Numbered from the stretch's first letter, positions 1 through 14,975 are shown. The stretch: DNA of 64,000 nucleotides from Lingula anatina (GCA_051362555.1 CM120646.1:2480001-2544000); one strand, 5' to 3'. The notes: generated by a model from the sequence alone, not told the origin. Program-made: numbers and translations.

Positions 1-1470
1 TGAAGGTTAATACTGACAGACACGCAAGTCCAGAAAACTTCAAGATGGATACAATATGATTATATAGGAGGGGAAGAAGTAATTACAATTTGAATTAAAT
101 ATTTTCCTAATCCTATTTAATCTTGCACTTTTTTGTCGAGGCCTGCATTCTCTAAGTGCTCTTTAATTTTTGTCTTTATTTCTCCTCCCCCCCCCCCCCA
201 AAAAAAAAAAAAAATCTAATTTCTAATTCAAATCCCTACAGAAGCACCAAGAACTTTTTTAACCTGGCATGACATTTCCCTCAGAAAGGAACTCTATCAA
301 TCCACTTTTCCTTTAAACTGAGACCACATGAATTCTAAATTATGAACAAGACCCCAACTCAAGGAGCTTATCACACTTTTTTTTGTGGACTGATATATAC
401 CATATTTTGGCAATAAATTTCCAAGCAAACGTCAAAACTCATATTACTCGTTTTAATTATATTTATCAATACTTTATTCAGAGCCATGGTACTTTCTTAT
501 TAAGGAATACTCATAGAAACTTCCTGTACTCTTCTATATATTAAAAATGAATTAAGAAAAGATTATCCTTATTAAAAACACATCAATTTTATCTACAAGC
601 AAAGGACTATAATCGACATTCCAAAAAAAAAAAAAAAAAGGCCCACTGCTTTACCATTCTGAACCCCACCCAAACATCAAATTAAAATACAGCAATTACC
701 ACAATCAATTAATCTATATCTTTATATGGCATTTATAATGGGTATAGCTAAAACACAGAGCGGATATGGTGAGGAACAATAGTCCATTCCAGTAATTCTA
801 GTCAAAGCTATCTGTTGGCTGATAACCAGAATATATCTTGTCTAAATAACCAAACTTCTATCCTAGTGCTAAAACAAGCATACACCATCTAACTTGATCT
901 GGGTGATCTAGATCTTAGGAATCTGGAACTGGGTAGATGGCAAGGCTTGTTCACATTTAATTTATGTATAAGGCAGAGATAAAAAGTTGTGTGATTTTAG
1001 CAGCCTTTTGCAGCATATTTGAAGTACAAGTGTACATTATTAAAACTATAAAAAAATGGCTGGCTATGAACAATGGTCAGTGCAAATTACTCACATATTG
1101 TAACATATGGTATATATGGTATTGGCTTAACAATTCTGAAATACATTTTACATAATATAAAGAGCTTTTTTCTTGACATTCCATTATTTTTAATTTTTCA
1201 AACCATAAATACATCTCCCAATCTAGAGCAAGTCACAGGCATTTTTCAAATTCAAGCACAAGACGCACTTTCTGTGCAATTATCTCCTCTTTCCTGCGCA
1301 GTGTAAAGATCTAGTCTTCTCTATGCTGTCTGATCACCCAAGAGAAAATCAATAATTTGCTGTCTTTTCCATCACAAAACAATCCATTATATGGTGGCTA
1401 GAGGGCAGATAAAGATTAATGATCATGTTACTGCTATGAAATGTATATGAGAGAGAAACAAGAAATTATG

Positions 1471-1476
<6 letters not shown>

Positions 1477-1515
<39 letters not shown>
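1477..1515. repeat. (GA)n microsatellite. Other simple repeats: (TTTA)n ~6495-6541, (AC)n ~10608-10640 and 24044-24102, (TAA)n 40141-40195 and 50294-50358, compound CT/AT/GT 42099-42209, (CT)n+polyA 51448-51534
   Basis: Directly visible simple repeats. Confidence 0.95.
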
Positions 1516-1518
<3 letters not shown>

Positions 1519-3691
1519 ACTTAAGGGCTGTAATGGAATGATTACTGGAAAAAATCCTATCATATACTGTACATCAATACACTTTTGCAGAGATAGCTTG
1601 TTAAGAAGTAGAATTCATTGTCAGACTTCAGTTAATGAATCACCTGACAGCGGGGAAAAAAAAAAGATTTGACAGCTATATACCACTTATTCCTTTGGCC
1701 TTTGTATCCAACTCCCAGTTTCAATAGGCTAATTCCTGTTTCTACCTTCTTTTTAAATAGGTCTAAAAAGCAACTATTCACTCCAGGCAAAGAAGCACAA
1801 TGCAACGATGGCACGTACCATACTGCCCCTGAAGCTTAATCCATTAACTGCAAAATTAAATATCTCTGGGCTGGGAATCTTAACCACTTAATCGTTGGTC
1901 CGCTGGGAGAGGGCAAGCAGATGCTACCTTCTCCTTGTCACACCAACGACAAGATGATGACCACTACGAAAACAGATGGTGACATTCTCTCTGGGGCTTA
2001 TGGTCCTGTTTAACAGGCTGTGCTTTACTATGCTCTAACGAAGTTAAATATTGTGACCTCATGGTATTAAGTGATGAAGGCAGTGCAGTAGCTTTCACAT
2101 CTAGCCGTATATACTTTTAAAGTGCTGCAGTCTTTAATGGGACACTTTGAAAGGTCACAATATTTAAATATATGTCTTTTTTTTTCTGGTTTTCTTAAGT
2201 CTGCTTTCTTCAGTTCGGACAAGTTATTTGGTCATGGAGGGGGGGGGGGGGGGGGGAGAGTTCAGTGAGGCTAGAGCTCTTTTGCAATGACCAGTCTATT
2301 TAAGTTATCAATTTTTCAAAGTGTACTAGTAGCTTATACAGACCCTGAACCTGAAAAGCAACCGTGACAGGACAACAATGCTATCTAACATGTATATCAA
2401 AATCACTGTGACACAAATACAAGCTCTAGAAAGCTAAATAATGCAACTACATTTGTACATTGTTTCCCCTGCAAAAAAAATCTCACCTCCATGTCCAAAA
2501 ATATGTGTAAAATAAATTGAATGACACATGTTTGGCTATTTGTGGCATAATTTGATTGCTTCCATTATAAATAAATAAATGCACAATAATCAATAATGCA
2601 AGCATTGTGTTATGCATCTAAACAATGCCTAATTATGTTCTAATGTCACCATGCAGCGGAGGGGGGGGGAGGGGGAAGTGAGAACTTATAAGTTAAAACA
2701 TTGTATCTTTGTATAAATTGCCTTGCAAATCACTAATTATACTAAATATGTCTGCTCTCATCACTATGAATAGCAAGAGAAATATTTACAAGGCAAGTAA
2801 ATCATAGCAAATGCACATTTCCAGTGAATATTATAACATGATTCACATTTTGATTTTCTACTGCACTGTTAGAAACTACCTCAGGAACATTAATATGGCA
2901 GTGTTTTAAAGCATTTCCTTCTTAAAGTTAGTCATCGATAAAATTCAAAATACAAATCATATCTTCACACCCAATATCGTGATCAATATCACAGCCACGA
3001 CTTCCATTCCAGAAGCATCTCCAACTAATCTAGCTCTGGTATTAAACAGTAAGACCGCATTTGATGACCAGCCGACTAAATCAATAAATCGTAAATTGTG
3101 TTGGCAGCTAAATGCACTTGCCAGAGCCAGTAATGGCAGTGGCACAAGAGGTAGCAAGAAAACAACCGCCCGGCTTATATCCAGTTTCTGCATGGAATTC
3201 TGCATATCTTCGCGCTCTGAAACATACCTTATTCTCCTCCCCGGGAGAAAATATTAAACCGCAAGGGCTTAATGCGTACATACAGTAAATCGACAAAGTA
3301 ATTAAAGCGAAATACACTTGTTTAACCCAAAAATTTTACAAGAAGAAAAATCGTCCCACCTCTGTATTCTGCCTCTCGCTTCTAACACCAGCTGCTGCTG
3401 TTTATTGATTGTGGGCGAGTTCAATTTAAAGGGATGTTGGGTTTTGTTTACACTTTTGGCGTGGAATGCCTTTTGACTTGACTTTTTCACATACAAATAA
3501 GTACACGCTTCTTACAAAGAAGAAATATCCGACACGAGAAGTATGCACAAATATAGACGGATAAAGTGGTTTTGAAAAAATATGAAAGAAGTAACAAAGT
3601 GAAAAACGTGAAAGGAATTAACCACAGAAGTGCTGCCCTCTTTATTTTTAGTGATCAATTTCAGGTGAAGGTCGATTGAAAGCACCGGCTA

Positions 3692-3710
3692 CACGTGAAG
3701 GATGGCGGCA
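3692..3710 (+). promoter_or_regulatory. E-box (CACGTG) and YY1-like ATGGCGGC motif at the ATIC start
   Basis: CACGTG at 3692-3697 and GATGGCGGC overlapping the start codon, in a locally CpG-richer segment. Motif match only. Confidence 0.3.
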
Positions 3711-6496
3711 AGTGAACTCGGTAAGTACGCTTTCAGAAAAGTGTACAAGATTGATCTCGCATGCAAAAACTTGAGAAGATAACACAAAACCGTAATGATA
3801 TATCCGTGTAAGTTTTTCGCTGTTTGTGACGTTTCAAAAGTGTTTAGCATTTATTGATTTTGTCTAAGTTTTGTAGGTGTCATTCGGTGCATTTGACTCG
3901 ACATGCGACTGTGTTATCGCATTGTTAGCAACTGACAGGTGATGAAAAAATATCGTCCCGTTTACTCTTCACAGTACAAAGAGAATTCCATTCTATCATA
4001 TTTTAGCCATGGCCTATATGATTTCCTCGTGTAGCTACATGACTGAGTGTTGAGTTAACATCCACTATGGCATGTTGTTTTGTTTAGTGTGTTAATTTTA
4101 GAAAGAGAACGTAGCGGGCTGGTCATGGGGCTCATCAGTTTTAAGTTCAGTTAATTTATCACTTGAAAAAAGTTGAAAAATTGAAACAGAACTCCAGCCT
4201 CATTGGCTTTGCCAAATAAAAAAATAATTCGGTTTTTTATTTCCATTTTATTATTATCATTTATTTATTTGGTTTATTTTGCAAGTTAGAAGATAAAGCT
4301 GTTCGGATGAGTGCAAGGAGTTTTAGTTAGACAATTAACATTGGGAAGTCCTTAATACATCTTGAACAAGTTGTTAATTAATATTTTACTGCCAGAAGAA
4401 TCATCAAATGGGAATTAAGGACGACCCTCTGGAGAGCCTACAAGCAATTCAAAATAACACAGGGTAGCTACGAGAATCAGAATAGTCTCTGACATAATGC
4501 TGAAAGAAATCTCCAACTTTATGGCAGTACTTTATGATAGATTTTGTGATGCCTTTTAAAAGTCAATGTATGGTACGTGCGAAACATGTTACATGATATG
4601 CCTGTAGATCTATATCGTTTGTCTGCCAGCAAGACGGATGTTTTTTTATGCATCTGTATTTGTGTAACTTGACTGTATGTATATGTTTTCTTTTTTGACG
4701 CTTTTTTTTTCTTTTTGAGAACCTTTGGACTTTTGGAACCTTTTGGATCCATTTTTTTTTTCTCCAAAAATGAACAGTTGTTATCCCCTTAAAAAACATC
4801 CCATAAGAGTTCTCAATTTATTTGTCGCAGTTTTGATATTTAATGACATTAACATTATTATTTTTCAGCTTTGTTAAGTGTTTCTAACAAGCAGGGTCTG
4901 GTGCCCTTTGCCAAGGTTCTACATGCCTCTGGGTTGAAGTTGATAGGGTCGGGAGGGACAGCCAAGGCCATCAGGGATGCCGGCATTCCGATACAGTGAG
5001 TGGTTTAGTTTACTTAAGATATTGAAGATACTAAGGAATGTTTGGTTAATGTCCTTTTTGTTATCACTGTACTGTGTTTGCCATTGTTCACTTCTAAATG
5101 CTATAGCTGTGGGATTGTTAGTAATTACTGGTTTTAACCAAATTAAAATTGCTAAAATAATTATAAAATAAAATTGTCTGAAGAAATCAAAACTTGACAT
5201 GATTTCATCATTTCCACCATGTTCTCTCGTTGATTTGTTATGGTTGACAGAAAGACATACAGAATTGTCCAGAGTGGTCCCTGACATCCCATAGTGCATG
5301 TATTGATGGCTAGTCCAAAGGTTCAGGATTCTGAAGCCTTGCTGATGGAGAACCGCATTGGTTTTGCTCCAACTATGTTTTTTTTTGTTTTTTTTGGCAG
5401 TGTCTCTTTAATTCTTTGCTGTAAACCAATTGATTTTCAGACCATTGATCTTTTGAACTAATAATTTTTTAGGCCATTTGCCTTTTGCAAAATGTTTACA
5501 AAATTTCCATAATTTTATATTGTTTATTTTCAGAGAGGTCAGTGAAGTGACCAAAGCGCCAGAGATGTTAGAAGGGAGAGTAAAGACACTTCATCCTGCT
5601 GTTCATGGAGGTATGGACAGTGTTCTTGCCATGGGCAGGTGTCACAAAAACTTTATTCCATGAAAATTGGCAGATAAATTAGTGCAATGCAGTTCATGAT
5701 AAATCCATAATAGTGCTTGTACACATAAAAAAATAACTACCCCAGAAATCTTTTGTTCAATCATTGCTCAAAGGCATGTTGTGCTTTGCCAGGTATTCTA
5801 GCCCGGCTTACAGATGGAGACTTGTATGACATTGGCAAACAAGGGATTTCCCTGATAAGGTAAAGTTAAGAATCTATCTAAACTTAAGATTACTGAAAAA
5901 AAATAGCATGGTTTACGCCTTTGAAATTCATATGTGCCTTTGTGTTATTTGATGCACAAAGAGTGCTTACTGATAGTTGACATTTTACACATTGTAATAC
6001 TATTGGAAAAATAGTTAAACATAATTAAGTTTAATGTAATTAAAAAGAATTAATCTTTACTATGTATTCTTCTTATTATTATTTTAGGGTTGTTGTTTGT
6101 AATCTGTATCCATTTGTTAAAACTGTATCTGCTGAGAATGTGACTGTGAGTGACGCCATTGAAGATATCGATATAGGTAACTAGTAATGGGCAGCATATC
6201 TCATCATTTTAAAGCAAAAACATATAGCTTTAAACAACAGAACCTTAAGGTCTATTATGTTATTATCTCAGTAAGTTTAGATCAAAATGTTTTGGCATAA
6301 CTTCAGTTATTTGAATGATCTCAGTGATTGAATTTAATTATTTTTTATGTAACATTTTGCCTAGAATAACAGCACACATAAGATACTTTATATTTAAATG
6401 AAGTTTTTATTTCAAGTTAATTCACCAATTTAGTCTTCTGTTTAAAATTCAATTGTGTAGTATTATTCAAATTACAAAATGGAGATGATTTCACAT

Positions 6497-6539
<43 letters not shown>

Positions 6540-7879
6540 TTTGTAATGGAACCTTGTGCTGACATCTATAATTGTGCTCCAGGTGGCGTTACTTTGTTAC
6601 GAGCGGCTGCGAAGAACCATGAGCGTGTGACAGTTGTCTGCGATCCTCAGGATTACGACAGTGTTGGTGAAGAGATCTCCTCGTCCTATGATAAAGATAC
6701 AAAGATAGAAACCAGGAAAGCTCTGGCTGTGAAGGTGATCTTGCTGGATTTATACCTGGCTCTGGGTTTTTCTGACCCATTTCTGTATTAGACAAACTGC
6801 TTGATTTTGGCCTGATCAATAAAAAATCAAAAATTTATCAAACAGTGATGATTTCTTGTGAGGATGAAATAAAAAGGTTGCACCAAGATACAACTGGATG
6901 TGGGACTTTTCTAAATTATATGTAATAATTAATAATAATTGTTTGTGTGTGTTTGTATTTATTTTTTACATGATAACCTGAATTATTTTGCTTTAGTTTG
7001 ATAAAGCATTGCAAGTTCCATCTAATGTTTGTAGATTTTTTATTTTTTTTAAATTTCTTGAGACCAAAATTAGCAGAAATCGAACATGTATAGGTTTGCT
7101 TACCATATCTCAACCATCATTTTTTCTCTTCTTGTTAGGCCTTCAACCATACAGCGGAATATGATGCTGCCATATCAGACTACTTTAGACGACAGTTCAG
7201 TGAAGGCGTGTCGCACCTACCTCTACGGTATGGGATGAACCCGCACCAGAAACCCGCACAACTGTACACAACCATGCCCAAACTGCCCATGAAAGGTAGG
7301 TGAAATATAGACAGGTGGAACATGGTTCAAAACATACTGTGACATATATTTCTGGACAGCTCCACAGACAGAGTGGGTTAAGTTGGCAATTTACCTAAGA
7401 CAAATAAAAGCATTCATTAAAATTCATTAAAAAAGAGCTGAAAACACATATTTTAATGATGTTTTATTCATGACATTTAAAAAAAATGTTGCATTAAATA
7501 AATGAAATATTGGCTTCTTTATTTTTTTCTTTTAATTGCTATTCCAGTGCTGTAGTCAAGCTTCAATTTTAATCATTCTTATTTATAAACTTGAAAAAAA
7601 ATTATATGTTCTTAAGTCTGCAAAACATTTGATAGATTTTAAATGAAATTTAATGTTTTATTACTGTGTTCTCACATGGTGTTGATGAAATGTATTCAAA
7701 GTTGACTCCAGTTAAAGCTTAGTCTGATTAAATAAGATGGAATTATAACAAATTTTTCCCACTCTCCATTGCATTGGCCAAGGCATTAATTTGTATTTTA
7801 AAGCAAATTTATTTTTATTCGGTTGTTTGTTGTATCTCATTGGTGTAGAACAAGCAAAAGATGTAATAGGTTTTAATTC

Positions 7880-7913
<34 letters not shown>

Positions 7914-10603
7914 ATGGTTATAGGTATTATATGATCTCTTTTTCAGTGGTGTGTGGTTCCCCAGGTTTCATCAACCTGTGTGATGCCTTGAATGCATGGC
8001 AGCTGGTCAAAGAGTTGAAAGAAGTCCTTGATCTTCCTGCTGCAACTTCCTTCAAACATGTCAGCCCAGCAGGTAAGGAAATGGTTCTGATTGTGAAGTA
8101 TTATGTCAAAATGAGAGAATGACCATTTGTTGATATTTTTCTTTAGCCTCATTCAGAATACATAGGGGAGACTTACTAGTCCGAGGGTCAAATACGGCCA
8201 ACCTACTTGAATATATAGTATACTTCCCCACGGGATATCTATTCGGTGTCTATTATCCGATTAGATGGCAAGCTTTGTAGTGGGTCGCCATATTTGACCC
8301 TCAGACTAGTAAGTCTCCCCTATGTATTCTGAATGGGGCCTTTGTCAGTGAGGTTAATACTTGCAGAAGGTGTACATATCTTCATATACATAAATATACA
8401 TATATTTGTAGATTCTGTGGGCTCATTTACAATGAAACTATCATTCTATGTAGATCAATCAAACTCCGCTAGAGACTGTCGTTGAATTCAATCTGATTAA
8501 CTCATTTCCAACATACTCATGCGATCATTGATATAATATTTGATATCTTCTTTTATCTCTGTGTTAAACATATCTGTATATATCTTCAGGAGCAGCTGTA
8601 GGTGTCCCACTATCATCAGAAGAAGCCAAGGTTTGCATGGTGGACGACATGAAGGACGATCTCACCCCTCTGGCCACGGCGTATGCACGTGCACGAGGTG
8701 CAGATCGCATGTCCTCATTTGGTGACTTTGTGGCGCTGTCTGATGTGTGCGACGTACCAACAGCTAAGATTTTGTCCAGAGAGGTGATACTGGTTTCTGA
8801 GAGTTTTCTATACTTGCATAATTATAGCATTTGGGTACATCTGAAGTAAGAATTTTAATGCAGAATTAACTAAATTCAAATTTTGGTAGTGAAACAAAAA
8901 TGACTTTTTACCCCCAGTTTGTGGAACAATCAGCTCTTTGTAAAATTTTTAGTTTTTTTACACTGATGATATGTCAAGTATTTCTTGGTAATTATATAAA
9001 TTTAAAATCAACATTGTGATGTAAACTTGTCTCCACCAGGTGTCTGATGGCATCATAGCCCCTGGATATGAAGAGGAAGCCCTGAAAATACTTAGAAAAA
9101 AGAAAGGTGGAAAATACTGTATTCTTGAGGTTTGTATCTACCTGTAATAAAAAAATGTCTTAATAATATATAGATAAATGCAGCCAGCATACAGTATGGT
9201 ACTATACTCTAAAATGATACATGAAATGATACCTTTAAGAGAATCCAAAAGCATGTCTTCTTTTGGGAGTTTTTACAGTTCTGTTAACTTTGTCAAGATA
9301 AGTTGTTTTTTTTTATATATTGCCATAGGATTTATATATTCTTATATTTGTAGAACTTGAATAATAAGAGATTTATGTTAAGGATGGGTGCTAAATAAAA
9401 AAGAGAAATAAACGAAGTGAAAAAGTTGGATAATTGTTTGGTCTTGCCTTGTAGATGGATGAGACCTATGAACCCACAGACATGGAGACGAGAACTCTTT
9501 ATGGTTTAAAACTGGAGCAGAAGAGAAATGACGCCTTTATAGACCAGAAATTATTTAGTAACATAGTTAGCAGTAAAAAAGAGGTATGTTTCATTGTTTC
9601 ACAATGATAGTTCAAACATTTAGTTTGAAAACTATAATCTTTGAAGCTGGTTTCATCAGTAAAGAACCAGTTTTCATTTTTATTTAAAGGTGAAACCAGA
9701 CACAAAGTAATAGCTTTTTTTTTTTTTTTTTTTTTTTACTATATTGCATTTATATAAAAGAGTTTAATTTTCTGAACAAAATTCTCTGTTATATGGAATT
9801 TTCTTTCTTTCTTGCTTTCTTTTTTTTTTTTTTTTTTTTTTGTACAAAAAGAAGGTCACTGCAATTATTAGATTAATAAAGTGCTGTCAGGATTTTGTTT
9901 ACATGCATGCATGTAAAAGTTATTGTGTTCATCATGTTATTTTTTCCATACTGAAAGTTTCAATAATTTACATTTTATATAAAAACATGCCATCTGAAAC
10001 ATTTACACACAATTGCATGTTCAGTTGATAAAAATTATTTTGGGCTTTTGGGACTAATTTTAAAGAAATTTTTATCATTATTAGCTCCCAGAAGATGGAC
10101 TACGAGACCTGATAGTTGCCACGATAGCCTTGAAATATGCCCAGTCCAACTCTGTCTGTTATGCTAAGAATGGCCAGGTTGTAGGGATAGGGGCAGGCCA
10201 ACAGTCCAGAATACACTGTACAAGACTGGCGGGGGACAAAACTAACAACTGGTGGGTACGAGAGTGTGTAGATCTGGGTCCCGTATCTCGAATGCATCGC
10301 GTATTGCGAATCGCTATATCAAATAGACGCTACAATGTATTATATGGGGCGAGTTATGGAATCGAGACGCTTACGCATGTGCGCAACACAGCGAAGCTTT
10401 CGAGATACAGGGCCCTGTTCTGGACGAGAAAACTACTGTAAATACAAAACTATAATTAATAAAAAGGCTTTCACAAGTCTTAGAAACTAAAGTACACTTT
10501 GTTGAAATTTCACAAGCCAGTTACTTGTATGTTGATATTTGTGTACAATAATAAAAAAATTATAAGGTCTCAAGCATTTTCAGTCATTAGACAATGAAGA
10601 TTG

Positions 10604-10643
<40 letters not shown>

Positions 10644-11711
10644 TGAACAACTGTTAAAGTATGTGAAACCTACAACTATATCAAAATCAATGGAAAGAAT
10701 AAACTGAGATCCTTAAGATTTTTTATCTTTCTTTAAGGTGGTTAAGACATCATCCTCGGATTCTTGGCATGCAGTTTAAGAAGGGAGTTAAAAGAGCAGA
10801 GATGTCCAACCTCATAGATATCTATGTGAATGGAACTGTGGGGCAAGTAAGTGACCTGGATTTGAGAATAAATTGTAATCTTTCTGAAATAGTGAGAATA
10901 AAATTATTTTAAATTTTGTAGTGACTTTAATGTTTAGTATTTGTTTTGAATGTTTTAAGGAATTGCAAAGAATTCAAGAGGATCCGATTTGTGATCTGTT
11001 ATTGAATAAATACATAGTTTTTTACATCAAGAGAAGCAAGAAGTGGTCAAATGGCAGCTAGTCATGTTTAGATGTCCTCTTGCTCTTGATATTTAACCAG
11101 AGAAAGTAAGCAGACAGATGTATGTTTTTCCAGCTCCGTGCAACCTTTAATATAAGTTTGTTCTTGTCAAAAGTTGAAAAGAAAAGTTTAATGCCTTAAG
11201 TATATTTGTCACTTCTCCATCATTTTGTTTCCATTTCTCGTCAGGATATGGACACAATGTCTTGGGAGAGCAACTTTGAGAACCCACCAGAACGTCTGAC
11301 AGAGGAGGACAGAAAGGAATGGCTGGGGCAACTGAAAGGTGTAGCTCTCAGCTCAGATGCATTCTTTCCATTCCGTGACAATATTGACAGAGCATACCAG
11401 GTACGAAGACATTGATAGCATTTACAGCCAGTTAATCCAATGACCACTTAGCTTACTAAAAAATATTTTTGTATATATTATCTAGGCCATCAGTGTCACT
11501 TATAAGTCTTTGGATTATCAGCCCAGTTTATACACTAATGAAACTGTAAAGGTTTTATATGATATTTAAACTTCTTGTATTTGCATTTCAGAGTGGTGTG
11601 CAGTATGTAGCATCTCCATCAGGGTCCACGAATGACAACATTGTAATAGAAGCCTGCAATGATCACAGTATCACCCTGGTCCACACAGATGTCAGGCTCT
11701 TCCATCACTAA
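3702..11711 (+). CDS. ATIC: Bifunctional purine biosynthesis protein ATIC/PurH (AICAR transformylase / IMP cyclohydrolase), 15 exons, 592 aa
   Basis: Exons 3702-3720, 4869-4995, 5534-5610, 5793-5859, 6088-6176, 6583-6734, 7139-7295, 7947-8072, 8590-8783, 9040-9129, 9455-9583, 10085-10251, 10738-10846, 11245-11400, 11592-11711. All introns are GT-AG and the exons sum to 1779 nt in frame. Hallmark motifs: [91 protein letters not shown]-terminal RLFHH*. Confidence 0.97.
8145..8341. mobile_element. MITE with long terminal inverted repeats (possibly Harbinger-like) in an ATIC intron; related degenerate copies at about 33888-34040 and 37027-37215
   Basis: CATTCAGAATACATAGGGGAGACTTACTAGTC...GACTAGTAAGTCTCCCCTATGTATTCTGAATG forms a near-perfect ~60-bp inverted repeat. 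The internal GGGTCAAATAYGG / CCATATTTGAYCC motifs recur at 33915-34020. Confidence 0.75.
10274..10417. mobile_element. Short MITE in ATIC intron 12
   Basis: Termini GGGTCCCGTATCTCGAA ... TTCGAGATACAGGGCCC are inverted. The CpG-rich interior is unlike the flanking intron. Confidence 0.6.
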
Positions 11712-12721
11712 GTGGCAGCACAGCTATACATGTAGTTGTCAGGATCGACTGTAGATGGCAGTATTGTTGTAATTGTTAAGATCTACTGCAAATGACAGCA
11801 CTGTTGCAAATGTAACAAATTACTGTAAAAGGCAGCACAGTTGTTAGAAATTACTTCAGAAAGCAGCATGCAGTGAGATATTATTTTTTCAAAAGTTAAA
11901 TAGTGCATGCGTCTGCCAGTAGATGTCAAAAAAGAATCTCCAACACAGGACAAGACAACCAGAGATTATATATGTATTTATCAGATTTAAGCAGCATACA
12001 TTTTCACAATATAGATGCCACTTTATAAGAATTCCCTCAAAGAGCGACCAAGCTTAAGTCCATTTCAGTGCAGTGAAAGTAGTACTTTGCACTCTAATTA
12101 TTGAGACAATTCCTTGACTCTAAATCAAAGGAATACTTCTGAGATCAGATCATGCAGCTTTATTAATGCTTTATACTAGAATCTTATACTATTATCTAAA
12201 GTTGAATTGAAATATAATCTTTATATTACCAAAGACTGATTTCTAGATATTATATAGTATTTGAATAGGGCAGGGGGATGGGCAAGGAGCCTTTTTATTT
12301 CATTCTAAGAAATGAAATATGTTATATATAATTCATATTACCCTAAATCATCTAGACCGATCCTAAGGAACGAGCACACATTGGGTTTCAGCGATCACAT
12401 ACTTGTCCCTTGTGGCCGCAAGATGGCACAAGCTACCCAGTTTTTTTAAGTAGTTTGTGCCAAAAATTTTTTATCCGGTGAACCATTCAAACAGCCAGTC
12501 TAACTTGGAATCTGCTGGCCCAAAATAGAAACAGTGACCAGTAACTGAACAAATTTTCAAACATTTTAGACTCCAGGCTTCAATTTTATCGGTAGATGCC
12601 ATGGGAGCAGTGTTAATACCAAAGACGTTTTTTAAGACAATTATATCTTTTTACAGAGGAATGTCCATTGTTGATTGATAAATTGTTGACCTACAGTACA
12701 TGTTAATTATACTTAATTTAA

Positions 12722-12889
12722 CAGGCCCGTAGCCAGGGGGGGTTCGGGGGGTTCAAAAGAACTGCCCCTTTTGCTGGGAAAAGGTCCACTCTGGGTAAAA
12801 TTTGTACTAGGTACATGGAGTTTTTATGGGAAAAGGTCCACTTTTTCAGAAAAAGAACCCCCCTTTTGAAATTGCTGGCTACGGGCCTG
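12722..12889. mobile_element. MITE, CAGGCCCGTAGCCAG TIR family (copy 1)
   Basis: 15-bp perfect TIR CAGGCCCGTAGCCAG...CTGGCTACGGGCCTG. An inverted copy lies at 34721-34885 and a partial copy at about 33190-33303. Confidence 0.85.
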
Positions 12890-14869
12890 TTAAACTTTAT
12901 CTTGACCTGTAATGTGATTACAGAAGACGTCAGAGAACTTTTGTATTGTTTTTTATACAGTGTAGAAGAAAAGACAGAAATTTAGTGAAAACATTGTTGA
13001 AAATGTGTAGAAAACATTTTAAGGTATAAAGTGATAGACCATAAGATATTAGGTTAAGCTTAATGAGAAGAAAGATGTAATTGGTTTTTGTAATGCAGTT
13101 GATTTCTTCCCTATCATGTTGAATATTAGAATTTTTGTGTCTGATGAAAGTGAAATAAATCTTTAATATTATTGGAAATGTTTATGCTTCAGTAACTACT
13201 TAAAAGTCTTAATAAATTAACAAACAAGTTTGAACTAAAGGCATACCCCTTTGAACAACTAGCACAAAACATGAACTGCAGTTTGTTAGGGATGAGATTT
13301 TTATGTCTGTTAGCAGATTTCCAACTTTTTGGGTGATGTTGATGCTTAAATTAGTAATGAGTTTTTCCAATATAGGCAGCTTTCTGACTTTATGAGAGCT
13401 AAAAAGTCTCATCCCTGAGTTGGTATGTTTAAAGTGTGAACTGTGGACAGTAATTTGAAAATGTAATTTGTATTTCTGAGCACTTGGATGAGTTTGACCA
13501 GTCAAAGGCTCAGTCAAACTTAAGACCTCTTCATAGCCTGGCTATTTTTTAGTCTCACCTAAACAGAACCTCTGCACATGACGTGACCAGTTCAACGCAT
13601 AAATTTTGCTCGCCGCAAACAGTTGAAAGCAAATTTGCCAAAGTGAGCAAAACTTATTGTTGCAGTAGCGTATAATTACATGTTAGGGCCAATCGAAAGG
13701 TTTCAAGTTAAACCAGTATATGTTATTAAGCCATGTGATAAGGGACCACATACCTAACAAAGCGTTTCAGATTTTATGAAGTCAAAAATCCATTGGCTGT
13801 GCATGCATTCTTGAAACAAAATAAGCCGCAATTAGAAGAAAACTATAATTATTTTTAAATTTTAAAATTAAAAAAAAGTGAAATTTCGGCTACTCTCAGG
13901 CTCAGTTTGGGATGAATACGGGCTGAAAAAACTTGGCAAAACTAGATTTGGACACTGTAAACAAAATGTGTTTATTTCTAGTTTGTCCGTGGCACACACG
14001 TTCTTGGATCTTGATATTAAAAAGTTGTTGATCTGTGATCAATCTTGTTTTTATCAAGTAAAAATTTAAAAAATATGCTTTCAACAAGGCATTTTATTGC
14101 ATTTAAGTCTTTCTTTATAGTATTATAGCATAAAACATAATAGATATAACACTCATGACAAAGTAATGTACACAAATTAAATCTGCCTAAAAATAAGTTT
14201 CATTTGTACAAGCAAGAGTGTCAAGATATTCACTTAAATAACAAAAATTGTGCTACTGACTAAAAGCAAACAATGTCCAAATAAACTTCCTCAATAACCT
14301 AACTAGGACAAGAAAAATTAATAGCAAAAGTTTCTTGATAATGGCTTTAATAGCTACTACAGAACTACAAATCCTTGGTTTATAGTGTCTTGAAACAAAA
14401 ACATTGTTGTGGACCTAAAGTTGACTTAACTAACCACCATTACACATAACTTCATTCTTTTTGTAAATCACAAAAAAAAAAAAAGAAAAAAAAAAAGGTT
14501 GTGAAAACTCACGAGATTAACAATGTTTTAACTACAATGATTGTGTCTAGAGTTCGGTGAACCATAATTTTACCTAGTTAAATGGTGAGCGTCATGATTT
14601 TTTCTGAATCACTTTGATACTTGGACGGGACATATGATATTAATGACATTATGAAATGTAATCAGGGACTTAATAAAAATAATGCTTTAAATTGGCCCCA
14701 TAGTGTACAGAGTTGCTGTATCCTCCCCAACCTTGCAAGCTGAAATGGCTATTCAAAATACAAACATAATAGAAAAATAGATAATCAACAAAAGAACCAT
14801 CATAAGATTATAACAAAAATATTATAACAAAAAGAAAAAAAAAATTAGAAAAAAAAAAAAAAAAACAAT

Positions 14870-14975
14870 GACTAACTTTAAATGTAGGAATAATGTATTA
14901 ACATTGGTAAGTATGGGAAAATCTATGTTTCCCCCAGTAAAATTCGTTTTTGGCCAAAACAAACAGTTGTTAACC
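14870..14975. repeat. Dispersed repeat fragment; second copy at about 17190-17295
   Basis: Both copies share CTAACTTTRAATGTA...CATTGGTAAGTATGGGAAAAT...AAAATTC.TTTTTGGCC.AAAC. Confidence 0.65.

Noticed and set aside
4919-11447. Minus-strand ORFs overlapping ATIC (4919-5299, 6589-6819, 7943-8152, 10100-10297, 11241-11447)
   Set aside because: Antisense shadows of real ATIC exons with no independent coding signal.
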